64,000 bases of DNA from a virus. The stretch is from the IMG/VR virus record IMGVR_UViG_3300042332_000715, positions 3,211 through 67,210 of that record; one strand, 5' to 3'. Positions 18,609-27,898 of this stretch are shown here, piece after piece. The first letter of the stretch is position 1, and each line of letters opens with the position of its first letter. A program made the translations under genes and the position numbers. Below the pieces are notes generated by a model. It was not told the origin of the DNA. It saw only the letters and a program-made list of their open reading frames with translations, and ran no database searches.

Positions 18609-19328
18609 ATGCCAAAAAGAAAGCACGACCGTACAGGATTTTTGTTGGTAAATTCTAGCTATACGGAGCAGCGATACGGAAAATGGACTACTCTTGGCCC
18701 TGTATTTTACTTACCAGAAAAAACAGGAAGCAAAGTACGTCACGCTTTTCAAGTCTGTCAATGCGAATGCGGTACATGCAAAATAGTCAAAGTAGGAACG
18801 CTGAAGCGATCTCTGTCTCAAAGTTGCGGCTGCGAAAGAAATAAACTACACAAAGAGAGAAGAACTACTCATGGACACGCAGGAGGCACAAACAAGAAAA
18901 TGAGCGGCGTATACGCCGTGTGGCACGCCATGCGACGTAGGTGCTATGGAGAAAATACTAAGGCATATCCAGATTATGGAGGTCGTGGCATCAAGGTTTG
19001 CGACCGCTGGCTTGAGCCAGATGGTCGAGGCTTTATAAACTTCCTGGCGGACATGGGACCGAAGCCTAGCACGAAACATTCGATTGATCGAATAGACGTG
19101 AATGGCAATTACGAACCGGCAAATTGTCGATGGGCAACTAGGTCTGAGCAGAACAGAAACAGAAGGGATACTCGTTACATAGAATACAATGGACAAAAGA
19201 AATCTCTAACATGCTGGTCCGAACAGACTGGATTAAATGCTAGTTGCATATCTTTTCGCCTTAAAAGCGGTTGGAGCGTTGAAGATGCTTTGACGAAGCC
19301 TTCCGCATACAGAAAACCAAATACATAA
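18609..19328 (+). CDS. free-standing HNH homing endonuclease 4
   Basis: YGGRGIKVCDRW, HSIDRIDVNGNYEPANCRWAT. Confidence 0.9.
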   Translation: MPKRKHDRTGFLLVNSSYTEQRYGKWTTLGPVFYLPEKTGSKVRHAFQVCQCECGTCKIVKVGTLKRSLSQSCGCERNKLHKERRTTHGHAGGTNKKMSGVYAVWHAMRRRCYGENTKAYPDYGGRGIKVCDRWLEPDGRGFINFLADMGPKPSTKHSIDRIDVNGNYEPANCRWATRSEQNRNRRDTRYIEYNGQKKSLTCWSEQTGLNASCISFRLKSGWSVEDALTKPSAYRKPNT

Positions 19329-19945
19329 TGTTTCTCTACCCTCTAATAAATAGCACACAGCACGAAATGAAACCAACCATATTTGCTTGCATCGGAAACC
19401 AAGGAGCAGGAAAGGACGAAATCTGCAACTATTTGCGAGACAAGTATTCCTTCGCCAAGGTCGGATTCTCCGACCCGATCTATGCGTTACTTGAGGAAAT
19501 GAATCCAGCAGTATACGTCCGTTCCGCAAATAAATACTTCCCCTACAATTCCTTAGTAGCTAATCACGGACTTGACTGGGCTAAACGACTTTACCCCGAA
19601 ATACGCCGATGGCTTCAAATCATAGGGACCGAGTACGGTCGTGATGTATTCGGCCCAGATTGTTGGGTCAGAGCGTTAGACGCTCGCATCAAAGATTTAC
19701 CGTTTGTCGCGGTACGCGACGTTCGGTTCGAAAACGAGATTGATTATATCCGCTCACGCGGTGGGTTTATCGTATGGGTACAGTCTAACCGAGCACCAGA
19801 ACGAGATACCTCGCATACCAGCGAGAAACTCGTATTCGCCGACCACGCCGATTACACTGTACAAAACAACGGAACTCTGGTAGAACTTTACCGGCAGTTG
19901 GATGTAATCTTGGCTGATTGGAATAACTTGGGAGTTAGTGAATAA
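19328..19945 (+). CDS. deoxynucleoside monophosphate kinase
   Basis: GNQGAGKD, LQIIGTEYGR, DVRFENE, HTSE, NNGT. Confidence 0.88.
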   Translation: MFLYPLINSTQHEMKPTIFACIGNQGAGKDEICNYLRDKYSFAKVGFSDPIYALLEEMNPAVYVRSANKYFPYNSLVANHGLDWAKRLYPEIRRWLQIIGTEYGRDVFGPDCWVRALDARIKDLPFVAVRDVRFENEIDYIRSRGGFIVWVQSNRAPERDTSHTSEKLVFADHADYTVQNNGTLVELYRQLDVILADWNNLGVSE

Positions 19946-20875
19946 ATGGATCTCCACATCAAATATCGACCAACAGACCTAGCCTCAGTCGTTGGACAAC
20001 CGCAAGCGGTTAAACAACTCAAAGGCTTCCTCGACGCTAATACTGTTCCCCATGTAATGGGGTTCTACGGGCCACCGGGCGTCGGTAAAACGACGATGGC
20101 AAGGATCATGGCTAATGCAGTCGGTGCAACCGACATGAACATTACCGAGATCAACCTAGCCGTTAAAAACGGCATCGATGACGTTCGCTCGCTTCAAGAG
20201 CGTTGTGCCTTACGTCCTTTAGGCGGCAAGAATGCCGCATTCATCTTGGACGAAGCACATTCGCTGACGAAGCAGGCGTACCAAGGATTGCTCAAGCTAT
20301 TCGAGGATACGCCCAAGCACGTCTACTTTTTTCTTTGCACAAGCCAGCCCGAGAAGATCGACAAAGCGATTAAAACCCGCGTAACGGGTATCAATCTACA
20401 TGCTGTAACTCAATCAGTATTAGTAAAGCTAATATCAGACGTATGCTTTGCGGAATCTAGTATAGTGCTAGACGCTGAGCACGCTGAGCCTATCGCCAGA
20501 GCCGCTAACGGCTCCCCGCGACAAGCTCTAGTGTATCTCGGGCAGGCGTTAGCCTGCGGATTTGATCCTGTAGCGATGGCCTCGCTGTTCGCTGAAACCG
20601 ATGAGAAGGTAAGCTATTTCCCGATCTGCGAAGCGATTATGTTCCCGAAGCAGAACGATTGGAGCCGCGTATACGGCTTGATTACGTCGATACCGGATGA
20701 GGAAGTTGAGGCAGCACGGTGGATGATTCTTTCATACGCCAAGTCCTGTATGAAGAATCCGAAGAACGCCGAGCGGGGGGCTAGAGTCATTCAGGCGATG
20801 AAGTCGCCATTTTTTGACTCAAAACTTGCTGGATTTTTGTCGAATTACTATCTCGTCTGGTCGAAAAATGTGTAA
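19946..20875 (+). CDS. clamp-loader AAA+ ATPase (DnaX gamma/tau-like)
   Basis: KYRP, VVGQ, GPPGVGKTT, LDEAH, GSPR. Confidence 0.92.
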   Translation: MDLHIKYRPTDLASVVGQPQAVKQLKGFLDANTVPHVMGFYGPPGVGKTTMARIMANAVGATDMNITEINLAVKNGIDDVRSLQERCALRPLGGKNAAFILDEAHSLTKQAYQGLLKLFEDTPKHVYFFLCTSQPEKIDKAIKTRVTGINLHAVTQSVLVKLISDVCFAESSIVLDAEHAEPIARAANGSPRQALVYLGQALACGFDPVAMASLFAETDEKVSYFPICEAIMFPKQNDWSRVYGLITSIPDEEVEAARWMILSYAKSCMKNPKNAERGARVIQAMKSPFFDSKLAGFLSNYYLVWSKNV

Positions 20876-20920
20876 AGTATGGTTGTTGACCTAACGTGTC
20901 CAAGAGAAAGGTATAATTGA

Positions 20921-21304
20921 ATGTCCAAGATTGAATTGAAAGTAACTAGAGAAAACATTCCCGAACAGCTTGAGTCGCTTCCCAGCGACATTAGCTACTG
21001 GGAAACTGCTCTGGCCGAAGCTCAGAACAAGTTGTACTTGGCTGAGCTAGAGAAGGATGTCCTTGTTGCGAATACCAACATTGAGATCCGAACCAATCCA
21101 CTCGCGTTCGGTAATCCAAAGATTACCGATGCTTCCGTGGCTGCCATTTGCCAAACGCAGCAGAACGTGATCGACGCTGAGAAGGCCGTGATAGCGGCCA
21201 AGCTCGAAGTCGCAAATACGAAAGCTGTGGTGAATGCACTTGACTGCAAGCGTTCCGCTTGTAAGTATTTGTGTGAACTACTGGTTTCCGGTAGATTCAA
21301 CTAA
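20921..21304 (+). CDS. UvsY-like recombination mediator (putative)
   Basis: helical protein with a KITD-x-x-V motif, located before the SSB gene. Confidence 0.5.
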   Translation: MSKIELKVTRENIPEQLESLPSDISYWETALAEAQNKLYLAELEKDVLVANTNIEIRTNPLAFGNPKITDASVAAICQTQQNVIDAEKAVIAAKLEVANTKAVVNALDCKRSACKYLCELLVSGRFN

Positions 21305-21361
21305 CCTGTTTTACTTGTTAACCTGTTTTACCTGTTTCCTTACTAGGAGTTTTGTTTAGCT

Positions 21362-22219
21362 ATGTCTTACGAAGATGACTTTGACAATATCGATGCCAGC
21401 CTTTTCGAAAAGAAAGGCAACGATTTCTACTACATGATCGACCTACCTGCTGAGTTCAAGAAATTGAAGCTCGAAAAGGAAGGTGTCTTGAAGGCAGTTA
21501 TTGTACCTTACGTTTCTACCCAATCACCGTACCGCGAAAGCGGTAAGTTGTGGTTCTTCCGCGATTACTACGCCCATAATGGGCTAGGTCCGACACAAAA
21601 AGACAGATACTTCGATTGTGTCAAGACGTTCGGCGATGATAAGTGTCCAATCGGAGACGCTTTGGCGTCTATGGGTGTTAAGAAAAAGGCACAGCGTCTT
21701 GGACTTGTCAATATGTTCGTCTTGTCTTACGCGGGGCAAGAGATTAACGAGCTAATGCTCGTCGATCATTCGTTCTCGAATTTCTTGGAAGTGATCCACA
21801 AAGCTGCCCAGGATATGTACGAAATGGAGCAGGAGCCGTACATCAAAAAGTACATGCACCATACTGAAGGTGCCGTGCTTTCGATCAAGCTCAGCGAAGA
21901 TTCGTTCGAGAAAAGCAAGTACCGTTACGCTTCGGCAGTTACCTTCAAGCCGCACAAGGGACTTGACGGCAAGATCGAAGAACTCATTCCAAAGGCTCTC
22001 GACCTCGACACTGCTCTGAACAAGCTCAGCTACGAGGACGCCTACAAGCGTTTCATTAGCGGCAAGCCGCCAGTCACCAAAAAGGCTGAAGGCGAGACTG
22101 CTGCTGCCAAGACAGAAACCAAGTCCACTAAGGCGGAATCCGCCAAAGCGGATAAGGCTGTCGAGGAAGCGGTCGCTGCGGCTAAAGACGAATCTGCGTT
22201 TGACGCAGGTTGGGAATAG
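21362..22219 (+). CDS. single-stranded DNA-binding protein (gp32-like)
   Basis: H..C..CPI zinc-like residues, acidic C-terminus DESAFDAGWE, codon style typical of highly expressed genes, strong terminator after it. Confidence 0.65.
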   Translation: MSYEDDFDNIDASLFEKKGNDFYYMIDLPAEFKKLKLEKEGVLKAVIVPYVSTQSPYRESGKLWFFRDYYAHNGLGPTQKDRYFDCVKTFGDDKCPIGDALASMGVKKKAQRLGLVNMFVLSYAGQEINELMLVDHSFSNFLEVIHKAAQDMYEMEQEPYIKKYMHHTEGAVLSIKLSEDSFEKSKYRYASAVTFKPHKGLDGKIEELIPKALDLDTALNKLSYEDAYKRFISGKPPVTKKAEGETAAAKTETKSTKAESAKADKAVEEAVAAAKDESAFDAGWE

Positions 22220-22254
22220 TTGTCGGCTAGCCGACGTTTTACGTTAATCTAAAC

Positions 22255-22283
22255 AAAGCCCTGCTAGCAGGGCTTTTCTTTTG
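22255..22283 (+). terminator. rho-independent terminator built on a 22-bp CTAG palindrome
   Basis: AAAGCCCTGCTAGCAGGGCTTT followed by TCTTTT. Confidence 0.8.
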
Positions 22284-22296
22284 GGATCACAAGGAA

Positions 22297-22932
22297 ATGA
22301 CACAAGCAATCAAAAAACTACGCACGATCTATTTGGACATGGACGGTGTTTTAGTGGATTTCGTCGGTGGCGTGTTACGCCATTTTAATATCAGCCCGAA
22401 CGAACAGGCTAACACCAAGTCATGGGATTTCTTCTCGCAGTTTGAGATCGACCAGAAATTCTTCTGGAACAATGTCGCAGCGAGCACCGGCTTCTGGCGC
22501 GACTTAGACCCGTATCCATACACGCAAGGCGTAATGGACTTATGCCTCAAATACGCGGAGGAAGTCAAGCTATGTACTAGCTGCGGCTGTTCCGCTGCCG
22601 CTAGCGGCAAGAACGAGTGGGCTAAGCGGCATCTTGGCATGGAATCGAAGGATGTAATCCACATAGTGGATAAATGGCGGCTTGCATATATGCCGAGAAC
22701 CATTCTAATTGACGATAGCGAAAGTAATCTAGCCCTTTGGCATGATGCGTGTACCGCCGCGAATCGCGGCTTATACGCTTGGAGCATTCTGTTCCCGCAA
22801 CCTTGGAACACCAGCAGGCATTTCGCGGACACGCGATTAGCCTTTTTACAACGAAATTTGAGAGTTCATACAACGAGAAAAGAAAATGGCGAAAGCAAAG
22901 AAACCACTGGAAGAACTACAAGCTGCAATTAA
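22297..22932 (+). CDS. HAD-family 5'(3')-deoxyribonucleotidase
   Basis: YLDMDGVLVDF, ILIDD, PWN. Confidence 0.85.
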   Translation: MTQAIKKLRTIYLDMDGVLVDFVGGVLRHFNISPNEQANTKSWDFFSQFEIDQKFFWNNVAASTGFWRDLDPYPYTQGVMDLCLKYAEEVKLCTSCGCSAAASGKNEWAKRHLGMESKDVIHIVDKWRLAYMPRTILIDDSESNLALWHDACTAANRGLYAWSILFPQPWNTSRHFADTRLAFLQRNLRVHTTRKENGESKETTGRTTSCN

Positions 22933-23956
22933 CGAAGTACCCAAATCGATTGCTCTGGCACCGCCAGACTTATCGCTAGGGTGTGATTTGCTCGACCTGC
23001 ACGTCAGCGGGAAGATCGGACAAGCCGTTTCACCCGGCACGTTCCTATGGCTGCATGGGCCTAGCGGTAGCGGCAAGAGTTTCCATGCCAAGACCGTGAT
23101 GGCCGAGGCAGCTAATTCAGACATCTACCGCGACCACCGATTCGTCGTTATCGACGGCGAGAACGGGTCTAACTTCGACACGGCCAAGTTCTTCGGGCGT
23201 CGGCTAGCCGACAGGATGGAACTGGTTGAAGTTGAATCTCTCGATCACTTGTACGACAAGCTAGACGAGATATTCCAAGAACCTGCGATTGTTATTGTCG
23301 ATAGCTTCGACTCTTGGATGCCGCAAGCGGCAAAGAAAAAGCTGGAAGATGATAAGAAACGACGAGCCGAAGGCAAGGAGCCAGATGGCGATTACGGCAT
23401 GGCCCACGGTAAAATCCACTCCAACCGCTTGCGGTTGCTGATACCGAGCCTATCGAAAACCAATTCCATCCTAGCTGGCATAAGCCAGCACCGGGATAAC
23501 GTCAATAAGGCCAATCCGTATTCGCCCAAGGACGTTGTGCCCGGTGGCCGGGCCATTAAGTTCTGGTGTCACATTGAGATCGAAACGCAGATAGGAACCA
23601 AGATCAAGCGTAAGATCAACGGCGTCGAGACGCCGATTGGCGATAATATCTTGGTGAAGGTAGTCAAGAACCGTGTTAACGGTTTACGACTTAGCTTCGA
23701 AGAACAGTTCTACCCTACGCTCGGGATAGACAATACAGGCACTAGCCTGTCATGGCTTGAAGCCAACAAGTACATTACTCAAACTTCTGGTAGATACTCG
23801 CTGCCGTTTCTCGGCGACAAGTCCTACTTCCGCGAGGAAGTTATCTCCAAGATTGAGGATGGTAATTTAGAGAATGAGCTACGTTCGATCCTCGAACAAG
23901 GCTATAGTGATTACATGAGTCAAATGACTGTTTCAAGGAAATCGAGGTACGAGTAA
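22886..23956 (+). CDS. RecA/UvsX-like recombinase
   Basis: GPSGSGKS, IDGE, IVDS, PGGRAIKF, VKNR. Confidence 0.88.
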   Translation: MAKAKKPLEELQAAINEVPKSIALAPPDLSLGCDLLDLHVSGKIGQAVSPGTFLWLHGPSGSGKSFHAKTVMAEAANSDIYRDHRFVVIDGENGSNFDTAKFFGRRLADRMELVEVESLDHLYDKLDEIFQEPAIVIVDSFDSWMPQAAKKKLEDDKKRRAEGKEPDGDYGMAHGKIHSNRLRLLIPSLSKTNSILAGISQHRDNVNKANPYSPKDVVPGGRAIKFWCHIEIETQIGTKIKRKINGVETPIGDNILVKVVKNRVNGLRLSFEEQFYPTLGIDNTGTSLSWLEANKYITQTSGRYSLPFLGDKSYFREEVISKIEDGNLENELRSILEQGYSDYMSQMTVSRKSRYE

Positions 23957-24157
23957 ATGGAAATCGGCGAGATGATATGGCAGATAATTAAATTCATGGC
24001 ATTGTGGTGGATTGTCTGGCGATTTTTAGATTTCTGTAGCGATTTGCGGCAAGCAGTTATCGTTTGGAAAGAACGTAATGTGATTGAAAAAGAACTACTA
24101 GCAGTTCGCTACCTAATCGACAAAGAATGGCTAGAAAGGAAATCAAATGGAAACTAG
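23957..24157 (+). CDS. small membrane protein
   Basis: Trp-rich hydrophobic N-terminus; abuts the recombinase stop codon. Confidence 0.55.
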   Translation: MEIGEMIWQIIKFMALWWIVWRFLDFCSDLRQAVIVWKERNVIEKELLAVRYLIDKEWLERKSNGN

Positions 24158-24428
24158 AGAGCAGATTGAATCAAAAATCAAAACCACCGAAGCCAGAATT
24201 GCTAAACTGAAGCGTGAAATATTCTGGCTAGATTTGTTGAGTTGGCTATTGCTGGGCTTACTCGGCGGGATTGTTTTCTATCACTGCAACACAGCTATGG
24301 TAGAGGCGTATAACCATAAACTCCAATGGCAACGCATAGCGATAATCGCATTCAGTGCCTTTGCCTGCGGCTTCGCGGCTTTTAATAAGGCGGAGGAGGT
24401 GTGTAAGTGGATATTCAATCAGCGATAA
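24147..24428 (+). CDS. small two-helix membrane protein
   Basis: SD GAAAGGA; two hydrophobic segments. Confidence 0.6.
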   Translation: METREQIESKIKTTEARIAKLKREIFWLDLLSWLLLGLLGGIVFYHCNTAMVEAYNHKLQWQRIAIIAFSAFACGFAAFNKAEEVCKWIFNQR

Positions 24429-24498
24429 TCGCTGCCTTTTGTGCGTTGATGTTCTACATGGCTGGCGTCTTGATTTTGATTGACTCGGAGAAAGACAA

Positions 24499-25347
24499 GT
24501 GAAAACCAACCTTTACCTACTAATCGACACTTCTGCGTTGGCCCATAGAGCCCTCCATACCGTAGGGGAGCTTACGCACCCAGACGATCCCGAGCAGTAC
24601 ACAGGCGTTCTATACCAGATCTGGAAAACGGCTTCGTCCGTTTCTGGTTACTTGCGTAGTCGGAATCTAGTGTTCTGCTTCGATAGCAAGCAGTCTATGC
24701 GACGGGAATCATACCCATCGTACAAATCGCAACGGCTAGCCGATAAAGCAAAAGAGTCTAGTGACCAAGCCGCGAAGCGACAAGGCATGTACGACCAGAT
24801 GAAGGTCTTGCCTAAGCTACTCCATGAGATGGGAGCCAAGAACATCTACGGTCAAACAGGCTACGAGGCTGACGACCTCATTGCCTCTGCGATCAAATGG
24901 AATCCCGATAAGGATTTCATTATCGTCGGACGCGATAAAGACCTCTACCAGCTTCTAGCTGCGAATGTCAGAATGTATGACGTGCAGAATGAAGTATTCT
25001 ACACCGAGAAGGACTTTCGAGCCGAATACGGCATCGACCCCGCACAATGGGCTAGCGTCAAGGCTTGGGCTGGCTGCACCAGCGATAGCGTAGACGGATT
25101 GCCCGGCGTAGGCGATAAGACTGCGATTAAATGGATCACAGGTAAATTACCACAGGAAAATAAGAAATACGCCACGTTCGTCGAGAACATTTCGGTCTAT
25201 AATAAAAACATACCAATCGTGCGGTTGCCGCTCGAAGGTACAAATCCGATCACTTTAGTTGAACAAGAGCGAATGATCGACTGGTCGATCCTAGCTCGGT
25301 TCATAGGTTCTACAGCATCTATTTCTGATGGAGTTGATTTTGACTAG
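24499..25347 (+). CDS. 5'-3' exonuclease / flap endonuclease
   Basis: LID, CFDS, YK..R, YEADDLIA, DKDLYQL, SDSVDGLPGVGDKTA. Confidence 0.93.
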   Translation: MKTNLYLLIDTSALAHRALHTVGELTHPDDPEQYTGVLYQIWKTASSVSGYLRSRNLVFCFDSKQSMRRESYPSYKSQRLADKAKESSDQAAKRQGMYDQMKVLPKLLHEMGAKNIYGQTGYEADDLIASAIKWNPDKDFIIVGRDKDLYQLLAANVRMYDVQNEVFYTEKDFRAEYGIDPAQWASVKAWAGCTSDSVDGLPGVGDKTAIKWITGKLPQENKKYATFVENISVYNKNIPIVRLPLEGTNPITLVEQERMIDWSILARFIGSTASISDGVDFD

Positions 25348-25669
25348 ACAAGAGACTAAAAGGCTGAAAGCCATTATCGCCAAGCAAAACAAAGTAAAGC
25401 AGAAAGCTGCGGAACGCAGCAATCAGCGAACACTTTACTGGTTGAACAAGAAAAGCAGCCCGAAAACGCCTGAGATCAAGCGTGGAGTCCGCATCAAGGA
25501 CAAGCACGTGTTGCAGATCTTGCTCGGGTCGCTGAACGACCGTAACCTTGACCGTTACAGCAAGCAGGGTATGACCCGCGAACTAGCGAAAGAGATCATC
25601 GAGACTCGACCTTCGCTTATGGCGAAGTACGAAGCCATCGTCCTCGGCTTACAGCCGATTGGAGGCTAA
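25328..25669 (+). CDS. hypothetical basic protein
   Basis: ORF in operon context. Confidence 0.6.
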   Translation: MELILTRQETKRLKAIIAKQNKVKQKAAERSNQRTLYWLNKKSSPKTPEIKRGVRIKDKHVLQILLGSLNDRNLDRYSKQGMTRELAKEIIETRPSLMAKYEAIVLGLQPIGG

Positions 25670-25870
25670 GGTGAGCGGACTGGGCGAATGCATAATGGTG
25701 TGTATAGTAGGCTGCATAGTAGCAGGATTTGCTGTAGTGGCTAACTCAATTGAAGATAGAAGGTGAAATCGTGAGCGAATTCGTTCAAGGTATCCTAGTC
25801 GGTGGCTTCTTACTAGCAGTCACCGAGCTACTAGGCTCGATACTGCTGTTTTTGATTTTGACTCGTAAGC

Positions 25871-26389
25871 ATGAGCGGGATAATGGCTAAAGGCTCGCAG
25901 TTTGAAAGGAACATCTCCGTGCAGCTATCGCTGTGGTGGAGTGACGGCAAAGATGATTCATGGTTCTGGCGATCTAGCACGTCGGGGGCGCGAGCGACCC
26001 AGCGTGCCAAGCAAGGCAAGAATACCCTTAACGCTGCGGGCGACTTAGCCGCCCAATGCGCAGAGGGGCAAAAATTACTGGACTTGATTACCTTCGAATT
26101 GAAGCGAGGATACCCCAAGATCTGCATAGCAGATATATGGGAGAAAGACTCTGGTGGCTTCCACGATTTCATCGAACAGGCCCGTAAGTCAGCTAGCCTA
26201 GCAGGAACCCGCTGGTTCGCCGTTCTTCATAAACGGGACAGGCGAGAGCCTGTAATTTATGTCGAAGATATGCGAGATCATTCGTTCGAGATCATGGCAT
26301 GGGCCGACTTCCTTACCCCTCAGAACCGCGATAAGTGGCTAGCCACTTGGGACAATGAATATGCCGAAGAAAAAACCAAAGCCGAGTAA
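25871..26389 (+). CDS. Holliday junction resolvase (Hjc-like PD-(D/E)xK)
   Basis: KGSQFER, SGA, GDL, FELK. Confidence 0.8.
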   Translation: MSGIMAKGSQFERNISVQLSLWWSDGKDDSWFWRSSTSGARATQRAKQGKNTLNAAGDLAAQCAEGQKLLDLITFELKRGYPKICIADIWEKDSGGFHDFIEQARKSASLAGTRWFAVLHKRDRREPVIYVEDMRDHSFEIMAWADFLTPQNRDKWLATWDNEYAEEKTKAE

Positions 26390-26870
26390 CGACCTAGATC
26401 GATATGTATCGATAACAGTCGCAGACGCGTTCTATACCAAGCCGGTCGTAGCGTTAGACAATATGTACCACCCGCATCCGATGCCTCGGAAGTGGTGGTC
26501 ACAAAGGCTGGCACTTGATCTGGAAATTGATACGGTAGTGCATACTGCCGTCCACGGCGAAACTAAAATCGTCATGGGATACATCGTTTCTAGCTGGGAT
26601 GGGCAGTCGGATAGTGTTAGCATAACACGCTTGCTTGTGGCTCCGAGTTTTCGGAGAACCAAGATTGCGACCATGCTAGTGCTTCGCGTCCAGGCGGACA
26701 TGCCGCCTATTACGAACAAGCTGACGTTTCTTGTACCGGAACTAGACCTTGACACGCAACTGTTTCTGAAGGACACTGGCTTCCGAGCCAAAGTGCCGTT
26801 GAAGGCGAATGCCTTCCCTGGCTACGTCAACGAGAACGGCATCTTGTTTATACGAAAGGAAAGCAAGTGA
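26355..26870 (+). CDS. GNAT-family acetyltransferase (RimI-like)
   Basis: LLVAPSFRRTKIATML, LFLKDTGF. Confidence 0.75.
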   Translation: MNMPKKKPKPSNDLDRYVSITVADAFYTKPVVALDNMYHPHPMPRKWWSQRLALDLEIDTVVHTAVHGETKIVMGYIVSSWDGQSDSVSITRLLVAPSFRRTKIATMLVLRVQADMPPITNKLTFLVPELDLDTQLFLKDTGFRAKVPLKANAFPGYVNENGILFIRKESK

Positions 26871-27898
26871 AATTCTACCGACAAGCATTACTCAGAACGC
26901 TGGAAAGCGTTTCGCCTGGGCTAAATTCGAAGGATACGCTGGAACAGAGTTCGTGCTTCGTCTTTACGGACGGAGAGGTAACGACCTATAATAGCGAGAT
27001 CCTTTGCATCGCTAGCGTCAAGAATGACGAGGGCGAGCTGTTCAAATGCTATGGAGCAGTACCGGCGAAGCCGCTGCTAGAAACCTTACGCAAGAGTCCA
27101 GACGAAGAAATCGAAGTCAAAGCTGCCGAAGATCATATTTCGATCAAAGGCACAGGACGCAAGCAGAAGATCGTCATGTCGAGCCAAATTCTGCTAGATA
27201 CGCAGGAGGTAGAACGACCCAGCGAGTTCTCTGATCTTCCGCCAGTGTTTTCAGAGGCTTTGACGCTTGCAGCGTCGTATGCCGCTAAGGATGCTGACGA
27301 GTTCGCTTTGAACTGCGTAGCAGTTAGTGCGAAAGGCTTACAAGCCACCAACAAACTAGCTGCCATTCGTTATGCCGTAAGCACCGGCCTAGCCGGCGGG
27401 ACGGCTTTGATTCGGGCATCGAGTGCTAAGAACATCGCGGGCCTTGGACTCGCTACAGCGAGTTATGGCAAAGAATTCGTGTGGTTTACGACCTATGCTG
27501 GAACCAAAGTCGCTTTGCGGTTACTGGAATCCGAGTATCCTACGGCTAGTATGACTGCAATCTTCACAGAGCCGTTGACCATGAAGCTAGAGCTTCCAGG
27601 GTCGGTAGCGGACATCGTGGCTAGGACTGTACCGTTCTTGGCGGAAAATGCTGTAGGTAAAGTAGTCGAGATTCACGTTGACACCGATCTGCTAACTGTG
27701 CGAGCACAGAATGCAGTAGGTGAATTCGTTGAGGAAAAACAGATTGTTTACAAAGGAGAACGCTTAGCGTTCAAGGTTAATCCAGAATCACTTGCGGGTA
27801 TATTCCGCACCGGATCACATTTAGAAGTTACGCCATCGTCCCTTCGGACAAAAGGCGATGGATATTGTTTGGTCATTAGTGCGGAGCAGATTGAATAA
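26867..27898 (+). CDS. DNA sliding clamp (DnaN/beta-like)
   Basis: 343 aa; TYNSEI, AVPAKPLLE, ATN, YP, FKVNP correspond to beta-clamp motifs; a clamp loader is present. Confidence 0.75.
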   Translation: MKFYRQALLRTLESVSPGLNSKDTLEQSSCFVFTDGEVTTYNSEILCIASVKNDEGELFKCYGAVPAKPLLETLRKSPDEEIEVKAAEDHISIKGTGRKQKIVMSSQILLDTQEVERPSEFSDLPPVFSEALTLAASYAAKDADEFALNCVAVSAKGLQATNKLAAIRYAVSTGLAGGTALIRASSAKNIAGLGLATASYGKEFVWFTTYAGTKVALRLLESEYPTASMTAIFTEPLTMKLELPGSVADIVARTVPFLAENAVGKVVEIHVDTDLLTVRAQNAVGEFVEEKQIVYKGERLAFKVNPESLAGIFRTGSHLEVTPSSLRTKGDGYCLVISAEQIE

